A DNA stretch of 64,000 bases, taken from IMG/VR virus record IMGVR_UViG_3300037501_000255; one strand, written 5' to 3'. The stretch's first letter is position 1; each line of letters starts with the position of its first letter. Below the pieces are notes generated by a model, which saw only the letters and a list, made by a program, of their open reading frames with translations, made no database searches and had not been told where the DNA came from. Position numbers and translations under genes: made by a program. Source of the DNA: a virus. Taxonomy: Duplodnaviria > Caudoviricetes. This document shows, piece by piece, positions 1 to 9,452 of the stretch.

Positions 1-660
1 CTTATCAGCATATTCTGCTGCTTCACGCGGAAGTTGACCCCCTGAACGCAATATTTTACGATAGGCGGACTCACCTAAATTATACATCGTCAGCGCAACT
101 TTTTCCACGTCTGAGTCTGGACGATACTTCAATACATCCGAGGCAGCACGCATCATTGCATTTAGGTGAGCCGCTGCACCCCAGATGGAAGATACCGGGT
201 CGAACGGGTCTGTAACTCCATACATGCGCTGTATGTGGGGCATTAGCTGCATTAGGCCTTGGGCTCCGGCTCCCGACTGAGCGCACACATCACCTCCGGA
301 CTCGACCATTGCCATGCCGCGTAAAATAGCCTCGGGCACACCGTGCGCGCTTGCAGCTGCGCTGAAAGCTTCGTCGATCTGCTGTTGGAGACCATGCGCC
401 GTGGTTGCACGCGGTGCTTCACGACGCCGGCGAATTTCGGACAGGGTATCTCCGCTAGGTATAATAACGGATTGCCCAATTTGTAGTCGGGCTGGATCTA
501 TACCAGGATTTGCATCCATCAACTCGTGCACCATCAATTTATCGCGCACCGCTGAAGGGTGTTTTTTTACTATCTTATCGAAAGTGTCTTCTTTTTGTAT
601 AGAATATACTTCAGCTTTTTTTAATAAAGCATTGAAGATGGTAGCCAGTTCGTCAGCCAT
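1..660 (-). CDS. LysM-domain soluble lytic transglycosylase (SLT); C-terminus runs off the window
   Basis: Not in the ORF track. I translated it from ATG at 660 (GGAG RBS upstream; TAATG overlap with the HNH stop). It reads MADELATIF...YSIQKEDTFDKIV...NPGIDPARLQIGQSVIIP (LysM), then ILRGMAMVESGG...GAQGLMQLMP and MYNLG (SLT motifs I-III). The frame is open to base 1. Confidence 0.9.
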   Translation of the reverse strand, partial: MADELATIFNALLKKAEVYSIQKEDTFDKIVKKHPSAVRDKLMVHELMDANPGIDPARLQIGQSVIIPSGDTLSEIRRRREAPRATTAHGLQQQIDEAFSAAASAHGVPEAILRGMAMVESGGDVCAQSGAGAQGLMQLMPHIQRMYGVTDPFDPVSSIWGAAAHLNAMMRAASDVLKYRPDSDVEKVALTMYNLGESAYRKILRSGGQLPREAAEYADK

Positions 661-1163
661 TAATTTCTCCCAAGATATATCATCCACTCTTTCGGAATAT
701 CTACGATATTTAGTACGATACCGCGAATAGGTGCGCCGGGCGGACGCACCAACCTCATCTGTGCCTCTTCAGGAGTCCGATCCCCCTTATACTGGTTACA
801 CTCTCGGCATGCGGCAACACAATTCGTGTACGAGGTTGGTCCACCGCGTGATTTGGGGAGTACGTGATCGATTGTTAGCTCAGATTTTTTATCTGCCCCG
901 CAATATACGCACTGAAAGCGGTCCCTAATGAAAACCTGCCTGCGGTAAAATTTAACCTTTATGTTGTAAGGGTTGCCTGGAAATACTCTATGTGTAAGTC
1001 TTACCACCGAAGCATCATATTCGGTCTCGGCATCATCGTAAAAGCAAAGAATTTCCGCTCTGCCACGACCATATACGAGTTGCATCGCTCGTTTCCAGGA
1101 GATTACCCTTACAGGAATATAGTTTCTATCTAATAGAAGAGCTATTCTTCTCTTGCACCTCAT
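660..1163 (-). CDS. HNH endonuclease (McrA/HNH_5-like)
   Basis: RDRFQCVYCG...LTIDHVLPKSRGG...NCVAACRECNQYKG. Confidence 0.92.
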   Translation of the reverse strand: MRCKRRIALLLDRNYIPVRVISWKRAMQLVYGRGRAEILCFYDDAETEYDASVVRLTHRVFPGNPYNIKVKFYRRQVFIRDRFQCVYCGADKKSELTIDHVLPKSRGGPTSYTNCVAACRECNQYKGDRTPEEAQMRLVRPPGAPIRGIVLNIVDIPKEWMIYLGRN

Positions 1164-1166
1164 ATC

Positions 1167-1883
1167 TTAACCTATACGATTAATTTCAAATACTGGACTA
1201 CAATCAACCTTGTCCTTTCTTACATTCGAATGAAATAAATATGTGGCGCTCGGTATCTTTTGGAAATAGTCAAATGCTTTTTCTTCATTTATTTTAGATA
1301 ATGGGATGCCATGCTTATTACACAACTCTTTAGTAAGATAGTTTATCGATTCATACTGAGCGTCCGTTAGTGTAGCGTAGTACGAATATCCCCTATATGA
1401 CAATTGCTTATAAAATTCAGTATCAGATTTACTACAGTATGGTTTGCCATACGAATCAATAAGCACATCTGGATCTGCAGATGACTCAGATAGCGGCCCT
1501 ATGCAAGATGCCTCTATAGCTATCGAGCGTGGTGACCATATCGAATTCGGCGCAGATGTGTTGCTGCCAAGGTGATACGACCAGCATGACGATGGAAATA
1601 GCTGATATATCGTACCGTCACGTGCCACGACAAAAGCCGTGCTAACATGAACGCCTGGCTGCGATAAGGTGCCGATATCTCCTGGCAACACACCGTGAGT
1701 TAGGTGCTGAAAAATCTTAGTTTTTTTTACATTTTCTCCGTAGAAGAAGTTTGAGCTATCATTTGTTTTCAAACGAATCACGTTATGAAATTCACCTTCC
1801 GATGCCACCCAGCGTTTACCATATGAATCAACAAGTGTAGACTTAAACTTTTTTTCTATATCTGCGAGTTTATATGCGCGCAT
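1167..1883 (-). CDS. N-acetylmuramoyl-L-alanine amidase (Amidase_2), endolysin candidate
   Basis: FQHLT, STAFVVARDGTIYQL, SYHLG, SIAIE, LFHSNV...KVDC. Start moved from 1964 to the ATG at 1883, which has GGAGGT 4 nt upstream. Confidence 0.85.
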   Translation of the reverse strand: MRAYKLADIEKKFKSTLVDSYGKRWVASEGEFHNVIRLKTNDSSNFFYGENVKKTKIFQHLTHGVLPGDIGTLSQPGVHVSTAFVVARDGTIYQLFPSSCWSYHLGSNTSAPNSIWSPRSIAIEASCIGPLSESSADPDVLIDSYGKPYCSKSDTEFYKQLSYRGYSYYATLTDAQYESINYLTKELCNKHGIPLSKINEEKAFDYFQKIPSATYLFHSNVRKDKVDCSPVFEINRIG

Positions 1884-1962
1884 GCGTACCTCCATATCAT
1901 ATTCTGGTGATATATATCTGAATATATTAGTAACTACGTACGGATTTTTTATTGGAGATGTC

Positions 1963-2994
1963 ATGAATAATCTTAATCACTCTTTTTTTTCCAACTCAAC
2001 AAGCGAGTCGTACTACTTTGCAGGTTACTTGCTGGCTGATGGAAGTGTTGGCCAGACAGGGGTAACGTGGACTTGTCATATTCAAGATGTGTGTGCACAC
2101 GAGGCTTTCGTGTCGTCCATTGGCCTCACGCCTGAGCGTATAAAAATTACAAATTATATTCTATCGGATGGAATAACTGTAAACCAGAAATCAACCGTAT
2201 ATGTGCCATCGAGAAAAATAGTTTATGATCTGAAAAAGTTCGGTATTATTCCAAATAAAACATATAATCATATTGACCCTATAATTGATGATAGATTTTT
2301 CCCCGCATTCCTCACCGGATTTATTGATGGTGACGGCTGTATTGTTAAACGTGGCAAATCCCATATTACAAGAATTAGTAAAGTAAATCTAACTGGTAAC
2401 AGACTGCTCATGCGCTGGTTCTCATCAAAAATAAACGAGCTATATAATATAAGTGGAACCATAGTAGATAGGGGTGTGTGGGCACATCTCATCTATTATG
2501 GAAAGAGTAGAGACATAATACTCAAAGAGTGCCTGAATAACTATAGTGGATTCAGGCTTGAACGTAAGTGGGGTCCGGCGCGCGCGCATCTTGCCAACTG
2601 GAATAGGACAGGATACCCATCAGACCTGGAGGACTTTATAGTATCTTCATATCTTGGAGGTAGCAGTATACCTGAAATTTTAAGGAAATACACTGGTAGT
2701 ATACCGATAGGTGAAAAGGGTATTAGAAGAACATTGAAAAAACACAATGTTGTTATTAGAGGACTTTCTGAGGCGTTTCGACTATCGCGACGCGTAGATC
2801 CGCAGGATCCAACTGTCGGAAGCGTTGTTGACTTATACCTGCGCGGCTTTGGATGCCTATCTATACAGAAGTTATTGGGCGTCGATCAGAAAAGGGTCAA
2901 GCGCATACTTACTCAACTGGGAATTCCTCTCCGTACACGCTCAGAGGCTAAGAAGGCCGCGCTGCGCGCAACTACTGCCGCCTGCGATATGTAA
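1963..2994 (+). CDS. Free-standing double-motif LAGLIDADG homing endonuclease with C-terminal HTH-like repeats
   Basis: YFAGYLLADGSV and AFLTGFIDGDGCI motifs. C-terminal LYLRG...SIQKLLGVDQKRVKRIL is HTH-like. ATG at 1963 has GGAG upstream. Only clear plus-strand gene. Confidence 0.88.
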   Translation: MNNLNHSFFSNSTSESYYFAGYLLADGSVGQTGVTWTCHIQDVCAHEAFVSSIGLTPERIKITNYILSDGITVNQKSTVYVPSRKIVYDLKKFGIIPNKTYNHIDPIIDDRFFPAFLTGFIDGDGCIVKRGKSHITRISKVNLTGNRLLMRWFSSKINELYNISGTIVDRGVWAHLIYYGKSRDIILKECLNNYSGFRLERKWGPARAHLANWNRTGYPSDLEDFIVSSYLGGSSIPEILRKYTGSIPIGEKGIRRTLKKHNVVIRGLSEAFRLSRRVDPQDPTVGSVVDLYLRGFGCLSIQKLLGVDQKRVKRILTQLGIPLRTRSEAKKAALRATTAACDM

Positions 2995-3475
2995 AGAACT
3001 GCATTGGAAATTGGTCTTTTTCACCCTTAATCACTTCAGGGTTTAACTCATCACACTTCCACATACTCCAGTTTACTTCTGGAAACACAGTATCTCCATC
3101 TACATCGGCCAATATGCGTGTTAGGTACATTCTGTCTGCAATGCCTAGAAAGTATTGATAAATCTTAGAGCCACCTATAATAAATGCATCCTTATCACGT
3201 ATCAAGCCGGTCATGAGTTCCGGTATTGCCTCACCCGGTGACGATACCCACTCAACACTAGAGTTATCCTCCTCTTGAAGTTTGCTGCTTATAACTATAT
3301 TTCTACGATTTGGTAGTGGTTGGCCAATAGATTCGTACGTCTTTCTGCCCATTACAACGATACTATTATATGTAAGCTTAGAGAAGTGCTTCAGGTCGGT
3401 CGGACATCTCCATGGTATTTTACCATTAGCGCCAATTATACCATTATTTGCTACTGCTGCTATTATATTTATCAT
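2972..3475 (-). CDS. folA: Dihydrofolate reductase
   Basis: IAAVANNGIIG, IPWRCPTDLKHF, VVMGRKTYESIG, LPNRRN, IIGG, GDTVFP. Confidence 0.97.
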   Translation of the reverse strand: MINIIAAVANNGIIGANGKIPWRCPTDLKHFSKLTYNSIVVMGRKTYESIGQPLPNRRNIVISSKLQEEDNSSVEWVSSPGEAIPELMTGLIRDKDAFIIGGSKIYQYFLGIADRMYLTRILADVDGDTVFPEVNWSMWKCDELNPEVIKGEKDQFPMQFFTYRRRQ

Positions 3476-4284
3476 ACTGCTATCGGAGCCTCAATCTTGG
3501 CGTGACTTTGGTAGTCTATCACGCGCATATGCTCATATTTGAAATCATCTATTTTCGTGATTTCTTTGTTTAACTCAAGACGTGGAAACTGATATGGCTC
3601 ACGGGACAGCTGCTCCGCAACCTGTTCGATATGGTTTTCATAAATATGGGCATCGTGAATTGTGTGGTACAGCATACCAGGTTCAATGCCTACCACTTGC
3701 GCAATCATTCGTGTCAACAGCGCATATGATGCGATATTGAATGGGATTCCCAGGAAGGCGTCTCCGCTCCGTTGTACCATATGGCAGTTAAGCTTGTTCT
3801 TGAACACTGTAAATTGAAATGCAAAGTGGCATGGCGGGAGATGCATGTGTTCGACCTCGCCCGCGTTCCATGCCGACACAAGATGTCTTCGGCTGTATGG
3901 AGAATTCTTCAGGCTTTCAATGACTTCGGCAATCTGGTCGATTTTTCGACCTTCCAAATTCATCCATGTACGCCACTGCACTCCGTACACTGGCCCCAAG
4001 TCGCCATTCTGATCGGCCCATTCGTCCCATATGTGTACATTGTGGTCATTGAGATATTTAATGTTGCTATCGCCTTTTAGCATCCACAGCAATTCATAAG
4101 CCACGCCTTTAAAGAATACCCTCTTGGTAGTTAGAAGTGGAAATCGATCACTGATGTCGAATTCTAAAACCGCGTGAGGAATCATTCGTGTTCCCACGCC
4201 AGTCCTATCTATGCGGGCCTCGCCCTCGTCTATGATATACTTCAATAACTCTAAGTAGCCACGTTCTTCCTTACCTACAAACAT
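3472..4284 (-). CDS. thyA: Thymidylate synthase
   Basis: DRTGVGT, FPLLTTKRV, LGPVYGVQWR, LPPCH (catalytic Cys), QRSGDAFLGIPFN, DAHIYENH. Confidence 0.98.
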   Translation of the reverse strand: MFVGKEERGYLELLKYIIDEGEARIDRTGVGTRMIPHAVLEFDISDRFPLLTTKRVFFKGVAYELLWMLKGDSNIKYLNDHNVHIWDEWADQNGDLGPVYGVQWRTWMNLEGRKIDQIAEVIESLKNSPYSRRHLVSAWNAGEVEHMHLPPCHFAFQFTVFKNKLNCHMVQRSGDAFLGIPFNIASYALLTRMIAQVVGIEPGMLYHTIHDAHIYENHIEQVAEQLSREPYQFPRLELNKEITKIDDFKYEHMRVIDYQSHAKIEAPIAV

Positions 4285-4291
4285 TGTAACC

Positions 4292-4948
4292 TCATTCGCA
4301 TTCCAAGTGCTGAACCACTCTGTTTAGTACAAATGCTGCAATCTCGCTCTCTGTGTGCCCAGAAGTATCAGGTACATATACTATATCTTTTGGTGCTATG
4401 TGCAGCATCTTGGTCAATGTTGAAATCTGCTCTACTCCGAATAGTGTGTGTGTTCTAGCATGGAAGCTCTCGTCAAAACATTCTATTCTATCCAAGGCTC
4501 CCCGGGAACGCATTTGCGCAAGCGACCACTCTACGTCTGAGTTGAAAATCAAACACATCTCAGGTCTGATTTGCTGGGCAAAGTCTAGCATGCCGCATAG
4601 GTCGGTATCCATCCCTGAAACATAATCTCGCTCGCGTGCGGTGTGATAGACGTACGTGCTTAGTGATGAGCGATCTGAAATCACAACCTTGTCCTTGGCG
4701 AGCGCCTCGGCGACTTTTTCCATATGCTGCGCACGATCGGCAAGGAAGAGGAGGAGAGCTGCTCGATCTGCTATGATATTATTTGGATCAAGTAGTAACT
4801 TCCTAATTGATGTGCAAATTGCATCATGCGGAGAGCCGGGCTCTTTAGTGAGGAATACATCATATCCTCGTTCCGAGAGGGCATTTGCGAGTATACGTGC
4901 ATGCGTACTTTTGCCGGTAGCCTCCGGCCCTTCAATAGTTATATACAT
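4292..4948 (-). CDS. tmk: Thymidylate kinase
   Basis: ITIEGPEATGKST P-loop, TKEPG, LLFLADRAQH, VISDR, DRIE. Confidence 0.93.
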   Translation of the reverse strand: MYITIEGPEATGKSTHARILANALSERGYDVFLTKEPGSPHDAICTSIRKLLLDPNNIIADRAALLLFLADRAQHMEKVAEALAKDKVVISDRSSLSTYVYHTARERDYVSGMDTDLCGMLDFAQQIRPEMCLIFNSDVEWSLAQMRSRGALDRIECFDESFHARTHTLFGVEQISTLTKMLHIAPKDIVYVPDTSGHTESEIAAFVLNRVVQHLECE

Positions 4949-5565
4949 ATTCCTCCAAGGTACTTCTTGCAGTAGCTTCTTCGATGATGCGGGGAAAGGC
5001 CGTGCTTTAAAATTGCCTCCCGATGTCCCGAAGATTCATACCCCTTATTGCCATCCCAGCCGTATACCGGAAATTCCTTGTGTAGGAAAAGCATCTGCCG
5101 ATCCTTGGCACATTTGGCTAGTACAGAAGCTGCGGCTATAGACAGGCACTTACCATCACCCTTCACAAGGCACTTCGAGGAGTGTGCTGACGGCAGAGCG
5201 ACACTCACATTTCCGTCCATTATGACATCTAGGCTAGATATGAATTGTATTTTTTCTATCTCCGCTTTTGCAACATCGAATCTTAGATGGTATGGCCTAC
5301 CAGCATCAATTTCTGATGCCGACACTTCTTTACAAAAGAAGTGCAGTGCCGACTTGCGTATGATGCCTTCGAGATAGAATCTCTTCTTTTCTGTAAGAGC
5401 CTTACTGTCATTTAGCGTCGCCAGCTCTTTAAAATCGAAATCCTTATCAAAGACAACCCCGGCTACAAACATACTTCCGGCAATACATCCGTATCCGGCT
5501 TCATCACAGCCCAGCAGCAATCTGCCGTCAGACCATGACGCCAACTCATAAGCAGTACTTATCAT
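4939..5565 (-). CDS. rnhB: Ribonuclease HII
   Basis: GCDEAGYG, LNDSKAL, VKGD, SIAAASVLAK, YGWDGNKGY, HGLSPHHRRSY. Confidence 0.95.
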   Translation of the reverse strand: MISTAYELASWSDGRLLLGCDEAGYGCIAGSMFVAGVVFDKDFDFKELATLNDSKALTEKKRFYLEGIIRKSALHFFCKEVSASEIDAGRPYHLRFDVAKAEIEKIQFISSLDVIMDGNVSVALPSAHSSKCLVKGDGKCLSIAAASVLAKCAKDRQMLFLHKEFPVYGWDGNKGYESSGHREAILKHGLSPHHRRSYCKKYLGGICI

Positions 5566-5573
5566 GCCTTCCC

Positions 5574-6860
5574 TTACAATATTTCTGATGCTAACTCGGA
5601 GAAGCTTGAACGCTCGCCCTTAGTTAGAGTTATATGAGCAGCACATTTCTGTCCTTTAAAGGATTCAATCAAGTGCGTGAGCCCATTATTAGAGAAATCC
5701 AGTCCATTACGATCTATTTGATAAATATCTCCCATAACTACCAATTTGGAACCCTCACCAACACGGGTTGCAATCGTTTTAATTTCTTCCTTTGTCAGAT
5801 TCTGCGCCTCATCACATATAATGAATGTCTTTGGCAGTGACCGACCGCGAATATATGTTGGTGGAGTCATTTCCAACTTCCCCATGTCCATAAGGTGTGT
5901 CAGGAATGTCTGGGCGGCCTTTTCGGCCGGGGGCATCAGCACCTCTAGATTATCTAGATAACTCTGAAAGTGAGGTAATATCTTCTCCATAAGATTGCCC
6001 GGCAGAAAGCCTACATCTAGACCTACTGGTACTGGAGCCTTCATCAGAACTATCTTATCATACTCGGGATTACTTCCCAAAGTTTGCTCAAGCGCTGCAG
6101 AAAGCGCGCAGAGTGTCTTACCACAACCAGCTCGCCCCAGCATAGTGACTAGGGTGACGTCCTGATCCATAAGCACATCTATGGCCATTGACTGACTCAT
6201 GTTTCTTGGCTTGATTCCAGACACGTGCTTGTAATCGGTAATTTTGACAAATTTGCCATCCTGAAATCTTGCCATGGCAGCGTGCTTCTCATCTATAGAT
6301 GAGCGCAGGTGCACGAATTGATTTTCCGGCATTTTCAGTTTAGTAGCGACGCTGCCTGCGGCGTATACGGTATTGATTACCTCTGCGCCGACTGAAACCT
6401 CAGTCAATCCACGATACACTTCTTCAATGCTGTCTGTATGCAGATCCTTTGTATGCGATTCGCACTTTTGACCCAGCGATGTACCCTTCAATCTTAGCGC
6501 GAGATCATTGCTAAGAAATATCGAATTTTTGTAACAGAGTGCTGTAGCGACAATTCTGTTGTCTGGCATATCGACTAGCCCAAGCGAAGTGAGCTTATCT
6601 TCAACTTTACCATGCCACGGCACAGCAACAACGTCTGCCTTGCCTGTTTTTATTCCAGTCAATAGATCGCCGGACTTCATTAGCTCATTAAGCTGTCGTG
6701 TAAAATATCGCGCATTTGCGCCAACTTCATTTCTATCTTTTTTGTGAGTGTCAATCTCCTCTAGGACTTGAAATGGAATCACTACCTTGCCTTCTAATTT
6801 ATCCAAGATTCTTGCGTCGTCCAATATAATATTGGTGTCCAGCACATAAGTTTTTTTCAA
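5574..6860 (-). CDS. phoH: PIN-PhoH (PhoH2/YlaK-like) protein
   Basis: N-terminal PIN domain (YVLDTN...D.RI), Walker A GRAGCGKT, IRGRSL, DEAQN, GDIYQID. Confidence 0.95.
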   Translation of the reverse strand: MKKTYVLDTNIILDDARILDKLEGKVVIPFQVLEEIDTHKKDRNEVGANARYFTRQLNELMKSGDLLTGIKTGKADVVAVPWHGKVEDKLTSLGLVDMPDNRIVATALCYKNSIFLSNDLALRLKGTSLGQKCESHTKDLHTDSIEEVYRGLTEVSVGAEVINTVYAAGSVATKLKMPENQFVHLRSSIDEKHAAMARFQDGKFVKITDYKHVSGIKPRNMSQSMAIDVLMDQDVTLVTMLGRAGCGKTLCALSAALEQTLGSNPEYDKIVLMKAPVPVGLDVGFLPGNLMEKILPHFQSYLDNLEVLMPPAEKAAQTFLTHLMDMGKLEMTPPTYIRGRSLPKTFIICDEAQNLTKEEIKTIATRVGEGSKLVVMGDIYQIDRNGLDFSNNGLTHLIESFKGQKCAAHITLTKGERSSFSELASEIL

Positions 6861-6873
6861 GGAAACTCTCCTA

Positions 6874-7239
6874 TTAGATAAGGTTGAAGTACTTAAGGTG
6901 TACTTCGTATCTCTTTGTCTTTCCGTCGTTTATCTGTATGATTTCCGGCTGGCGCCATTCACCAACAGTGATCGTGTCCCCCTTCTTAAAATTAGTCCTT
7001 TTCACGATAGTTTTCTTTAGCCCAAAGTCCTTTTCGATTTGAAGACCGAAGTTTGCAATAAGATAATCTCTCCATTCGTATTTTGGATACGACGGGTCAT
7101 TTTTGGCTCTTTCTATTATTTCTGAAGAAACATTGAAGCGGGTAAGCAGTGCCCATACCCACTCATTTTCCAGGGCTTCGATTTGCCTGCCGACCTCAGC
7201 ATAGGTCTCGCACTGTACGACTTTAGTCGTGAAATTCAT
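6874..7239 (-). CDS. Hypothetical protein
   Basis: Fills the gene chain and overlaps the previous stop (ATGA-type). No motif recognised. Confidence 0.7.
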   Translation of the reverse strand: MNFTTKVVQCETYAEVGRQIEALENEWVWALLTRFNVSSEIIERAKNDPSYPKYEWRDYLIANFGLQIEKDFGLKKTIVKRTNFKKGDTITVGEWRQPEIIQINDGKTKRYEVHLKYFNLI

Positions 7240-7805
7240 AATTTGATAATAGCTTCTCTGGTCCCCAAAATTATGGTATGAAGAACCTTATCTTCTTCCG
7301 CCAGCGCCGACTGGCGCCGCGCGGCAGGGCATTCGACTTCAATGCGGCCACAAGAAAGCAGATATGGTTCATACACTATATCATAGTTTTTATTGCTATA
7401 TTTGATATTTACCTCATCTGGAGTGAGTATTCTAACTACTAATGTGTATGGATCTACATTCCATAAGTTAGCATAGTACTTGAATATACCTAGGAATTTG
7501 CGATCTGGTATATTAGTATCTATATTATCTATGATGTACTTGAAATCTTGCCCTATAAATGACATCTGAGAATTGCATTTCTCATGCACGCGTACGGTAG
7601 CCCATAGCTTATGCTTTGAAACTGGCGCAATAATTCTTTCATTAAGATCTGGATCTGAATTATAGTTCGCTCTGAGCGCCCATGAGAAGCTGGACGGCAC
7701 GCATAACTTATCGAAGTTCCTTATCAGGACCTGATGTACATAATGTTCTAAATTAGTGGGATACCTGCCCAACCCTTCGTGACATAGAACGCATGTATCT
7801 GTCAT
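7236..7805 (-). CDS. Hypothetical protein, possible HNH-like Zn-finger nuclease
   Basis: CVLC...NLEH...VRVHEKCNS matches the CxxC..EH..HxxCN spacing of HNH domains. Confidence 0.45.
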   Translation of the reverse strand: MTDTCVLCHEGLGRYPTNLEHYVHQVLIRNFDKLCVPSSFSWALRANYNSDPDLNERIIAPVSKHKLWATVRVHEKCNSQMSFIGQDFKYIIDNIDTNIPDRKFLGIFKYYANLWNVDPYTLVVRILTPDEVNIKYSNKNYDIVYEPYLLSCGRIEVECPAARRQSALAEEDKVLHTIILGTREAIIKL

Positions 7806-8362
7806 AGATAATCTCGCAACGGCGTATATGCCGATAGACGTGATAGAGAACCCGATATCCGCTTACGTCTTTTGAAGTAAGACTCGGTATTGTATACACA
7901 GTCCTCATCTAAGAATTGCTCTATAATGGCTTTTTTATTCTTAGCTCCGATACTGTTCAGTGCCGTATCTAAGACGCGCGCAAATTCACTACTCAAATAC
8001 TCTTGTTCGGGATGTTCACAGGTGCCTAATAAATCGACACCGACCTTCTTGAGGCGCTCTGCTGCAACCTTATATCGCTTTTGCTTGCGCACGAAATCAA
8101 CTATCTCTCTTCTTATTGTATGCCCTGCCCAGCCAAAAAAATTGACTGTAGAGTTAATAGGAAAAGTCTGTATGGCTAAAGTATGTGCCATATATGCAAT
8201 TTGCGATACGTCTTCAACGCTTGTAATTATACCATACTTCTTAATATATTTGTTTGGTATAAATTTTGTACGTTCAAATATCACATCAATCTTTTCCAAC
8301 CCGTCGCGCAACAATATAATATGGGCCCTCGCCTCATCGGCATCAAACTGATTTAGATCCAT
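7802..8362 (-). CDS. Phage sigma-70-like RNA polymerase sigma factor
   Basis: EDVSQIAYMAHTLAIQTF...VNFFGWAGHTIRREIVDFVRKQ matches region 2. PEQEYL...LDTALNSI resembles the start of region 4, followed by a short tail. Confidence 0.7.
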   Translation of the reverse strand: MDLNQFDADEARAHIILLRDGLEKIDVIFERTKFIPNKYIKKYGIITSVEDVSQIAYMAHTLAIQTFPINSTVNFFGWAGHTIRREIVDFVRKQKRYKVAAERLKKVGVDLLGTCEHPEQEYLSSEFARVLDTALNSIGAKNKKAIIEQFLDEDCVYNTESYFKRRKRISGSLSRLSAYTPLRDYL

Positions 8363-9412
8363 ATATAATCTCCATTAATTCCTCTTTCTTGGCGAGCCAA
8401 TCATCGCTCTCCCATATGACCAGTACGCGGTACCCGGCCTGCTGGAGACTTGTTATTTTTTTCTCATCCGCCTCCCAACGCTCCCGTGCACGATATCTGT
8501 TGCCCGGGAGTATAATAACATCATCACTATCATAGTGCCTTGGGTTAGCATGTACATAATCTCCGTTTATCTCTACAACAATCTTCCTCTCTTCATTTAG
8601 TTCATCTGCACAGTATTTTGTGCATAAAATCTGCTCACCTAAAATCCATGTTCTCTAAATTGAAAGAATTTTTCAGCTTTTAGATGTAATTTTGAAAATC
8701 TATTGCGCAGAGCGCGCAGGGCTGACAGGCGCATCTCCCTCGCGCCATTCACATCCAATTCAAAACGCTTAATTAACAACTCTCGCCTTTTCTGACGCAC
8801 TTCGGGCGTGCTAAGTGCGCGGCGGATGTTTTGGGAAGTACGGCTGCGAAATTCATCGTCTTGCCACATCAGTTTTGTGGCTATGCTGCGACGGAGGTGG
8901 GACTCCTCAGTTGTATTGTACTTAAATTTTCCACTGCGACGCAGCTCGCTATGTGAGGCGCTAATTTGTTTCTTTACTATCTCGAGCTTCGATATATTAT
9001 CTACGCCGTACCTATCTTTAATGACGCGAGCGATTTCGTCTTGGGTTTTACTGAGAGAGAATCCACACTGTTTGCCGGAACATGCGAACGAACAGAAGGA
9101 TTTGGGCTTACCTCTGCAGAATCCAACTTCTATGCCGCACTGCCTACAGCGTGGCGCACCATGTGTCAAGATATGTTGCCGCTCACGGTATTCGAATGTG
9201 TTGTGCCCAAGAGCAAATTTTGAAAATCTGCCGCGCCTGAATGCAGGCCTATCTGAACAATATCCGCACGCGCATACTGGGGCTACCCCTTCGTAATCCC
9301 GCGCTATAATATACTCTTCGATAGTCAACGAATGCTTTTCTTGCACATACTTGGATAGCTGTCCTGCCAAATTGTTTGTACATTCAAAATCACACAATAC
9401 ACATGTTTGCAT
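8343..9412 (-). pseudogene. Zn-finger/YGVDN-repeat homing endonuclease whose PD-(D/E)XK (Vsr/DUF559-like) nuclease domain lies in the -1 frame
   Basis: The track ORF stops at TAG 8639-8641 (GGA TTT TAG). The -1 frame, open from 8654 to 8343, reads LGEQILCTKYCADELNEERKIVVEINGDYVHANP...LQQAGYRVLVIWESD. One extra T would fuse the two parts. Confidence 0.8.
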
Positions 9413-9452
9413 GATTACTCATGTCACATATATCGGGTAATTAATAGATGCC

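Noticed and set aside
1962-1965. Divergent amidase and LAGLIDADG genes sharing one palindromic CATG start
   Set aside because: The amidase has a much better RBS (GGAGGT) at ATG 1883. The shared start comes from the longest-ORF rule in the track.
3472-4284. thyA-like gene as a base-modifying hydroxymethylase
   Set aside because: It retains PFN (Asn, dUMP-specific) and is paired with folA and tmk, so it looks like an ordinary ThyA.
8639-8641. TAG readthrough or a recoded genetic code
   Set aside because: The nuclease continues in the -1 frame, not in frame. TAG ends intact genes such as nrdJ, so the code appears standard.
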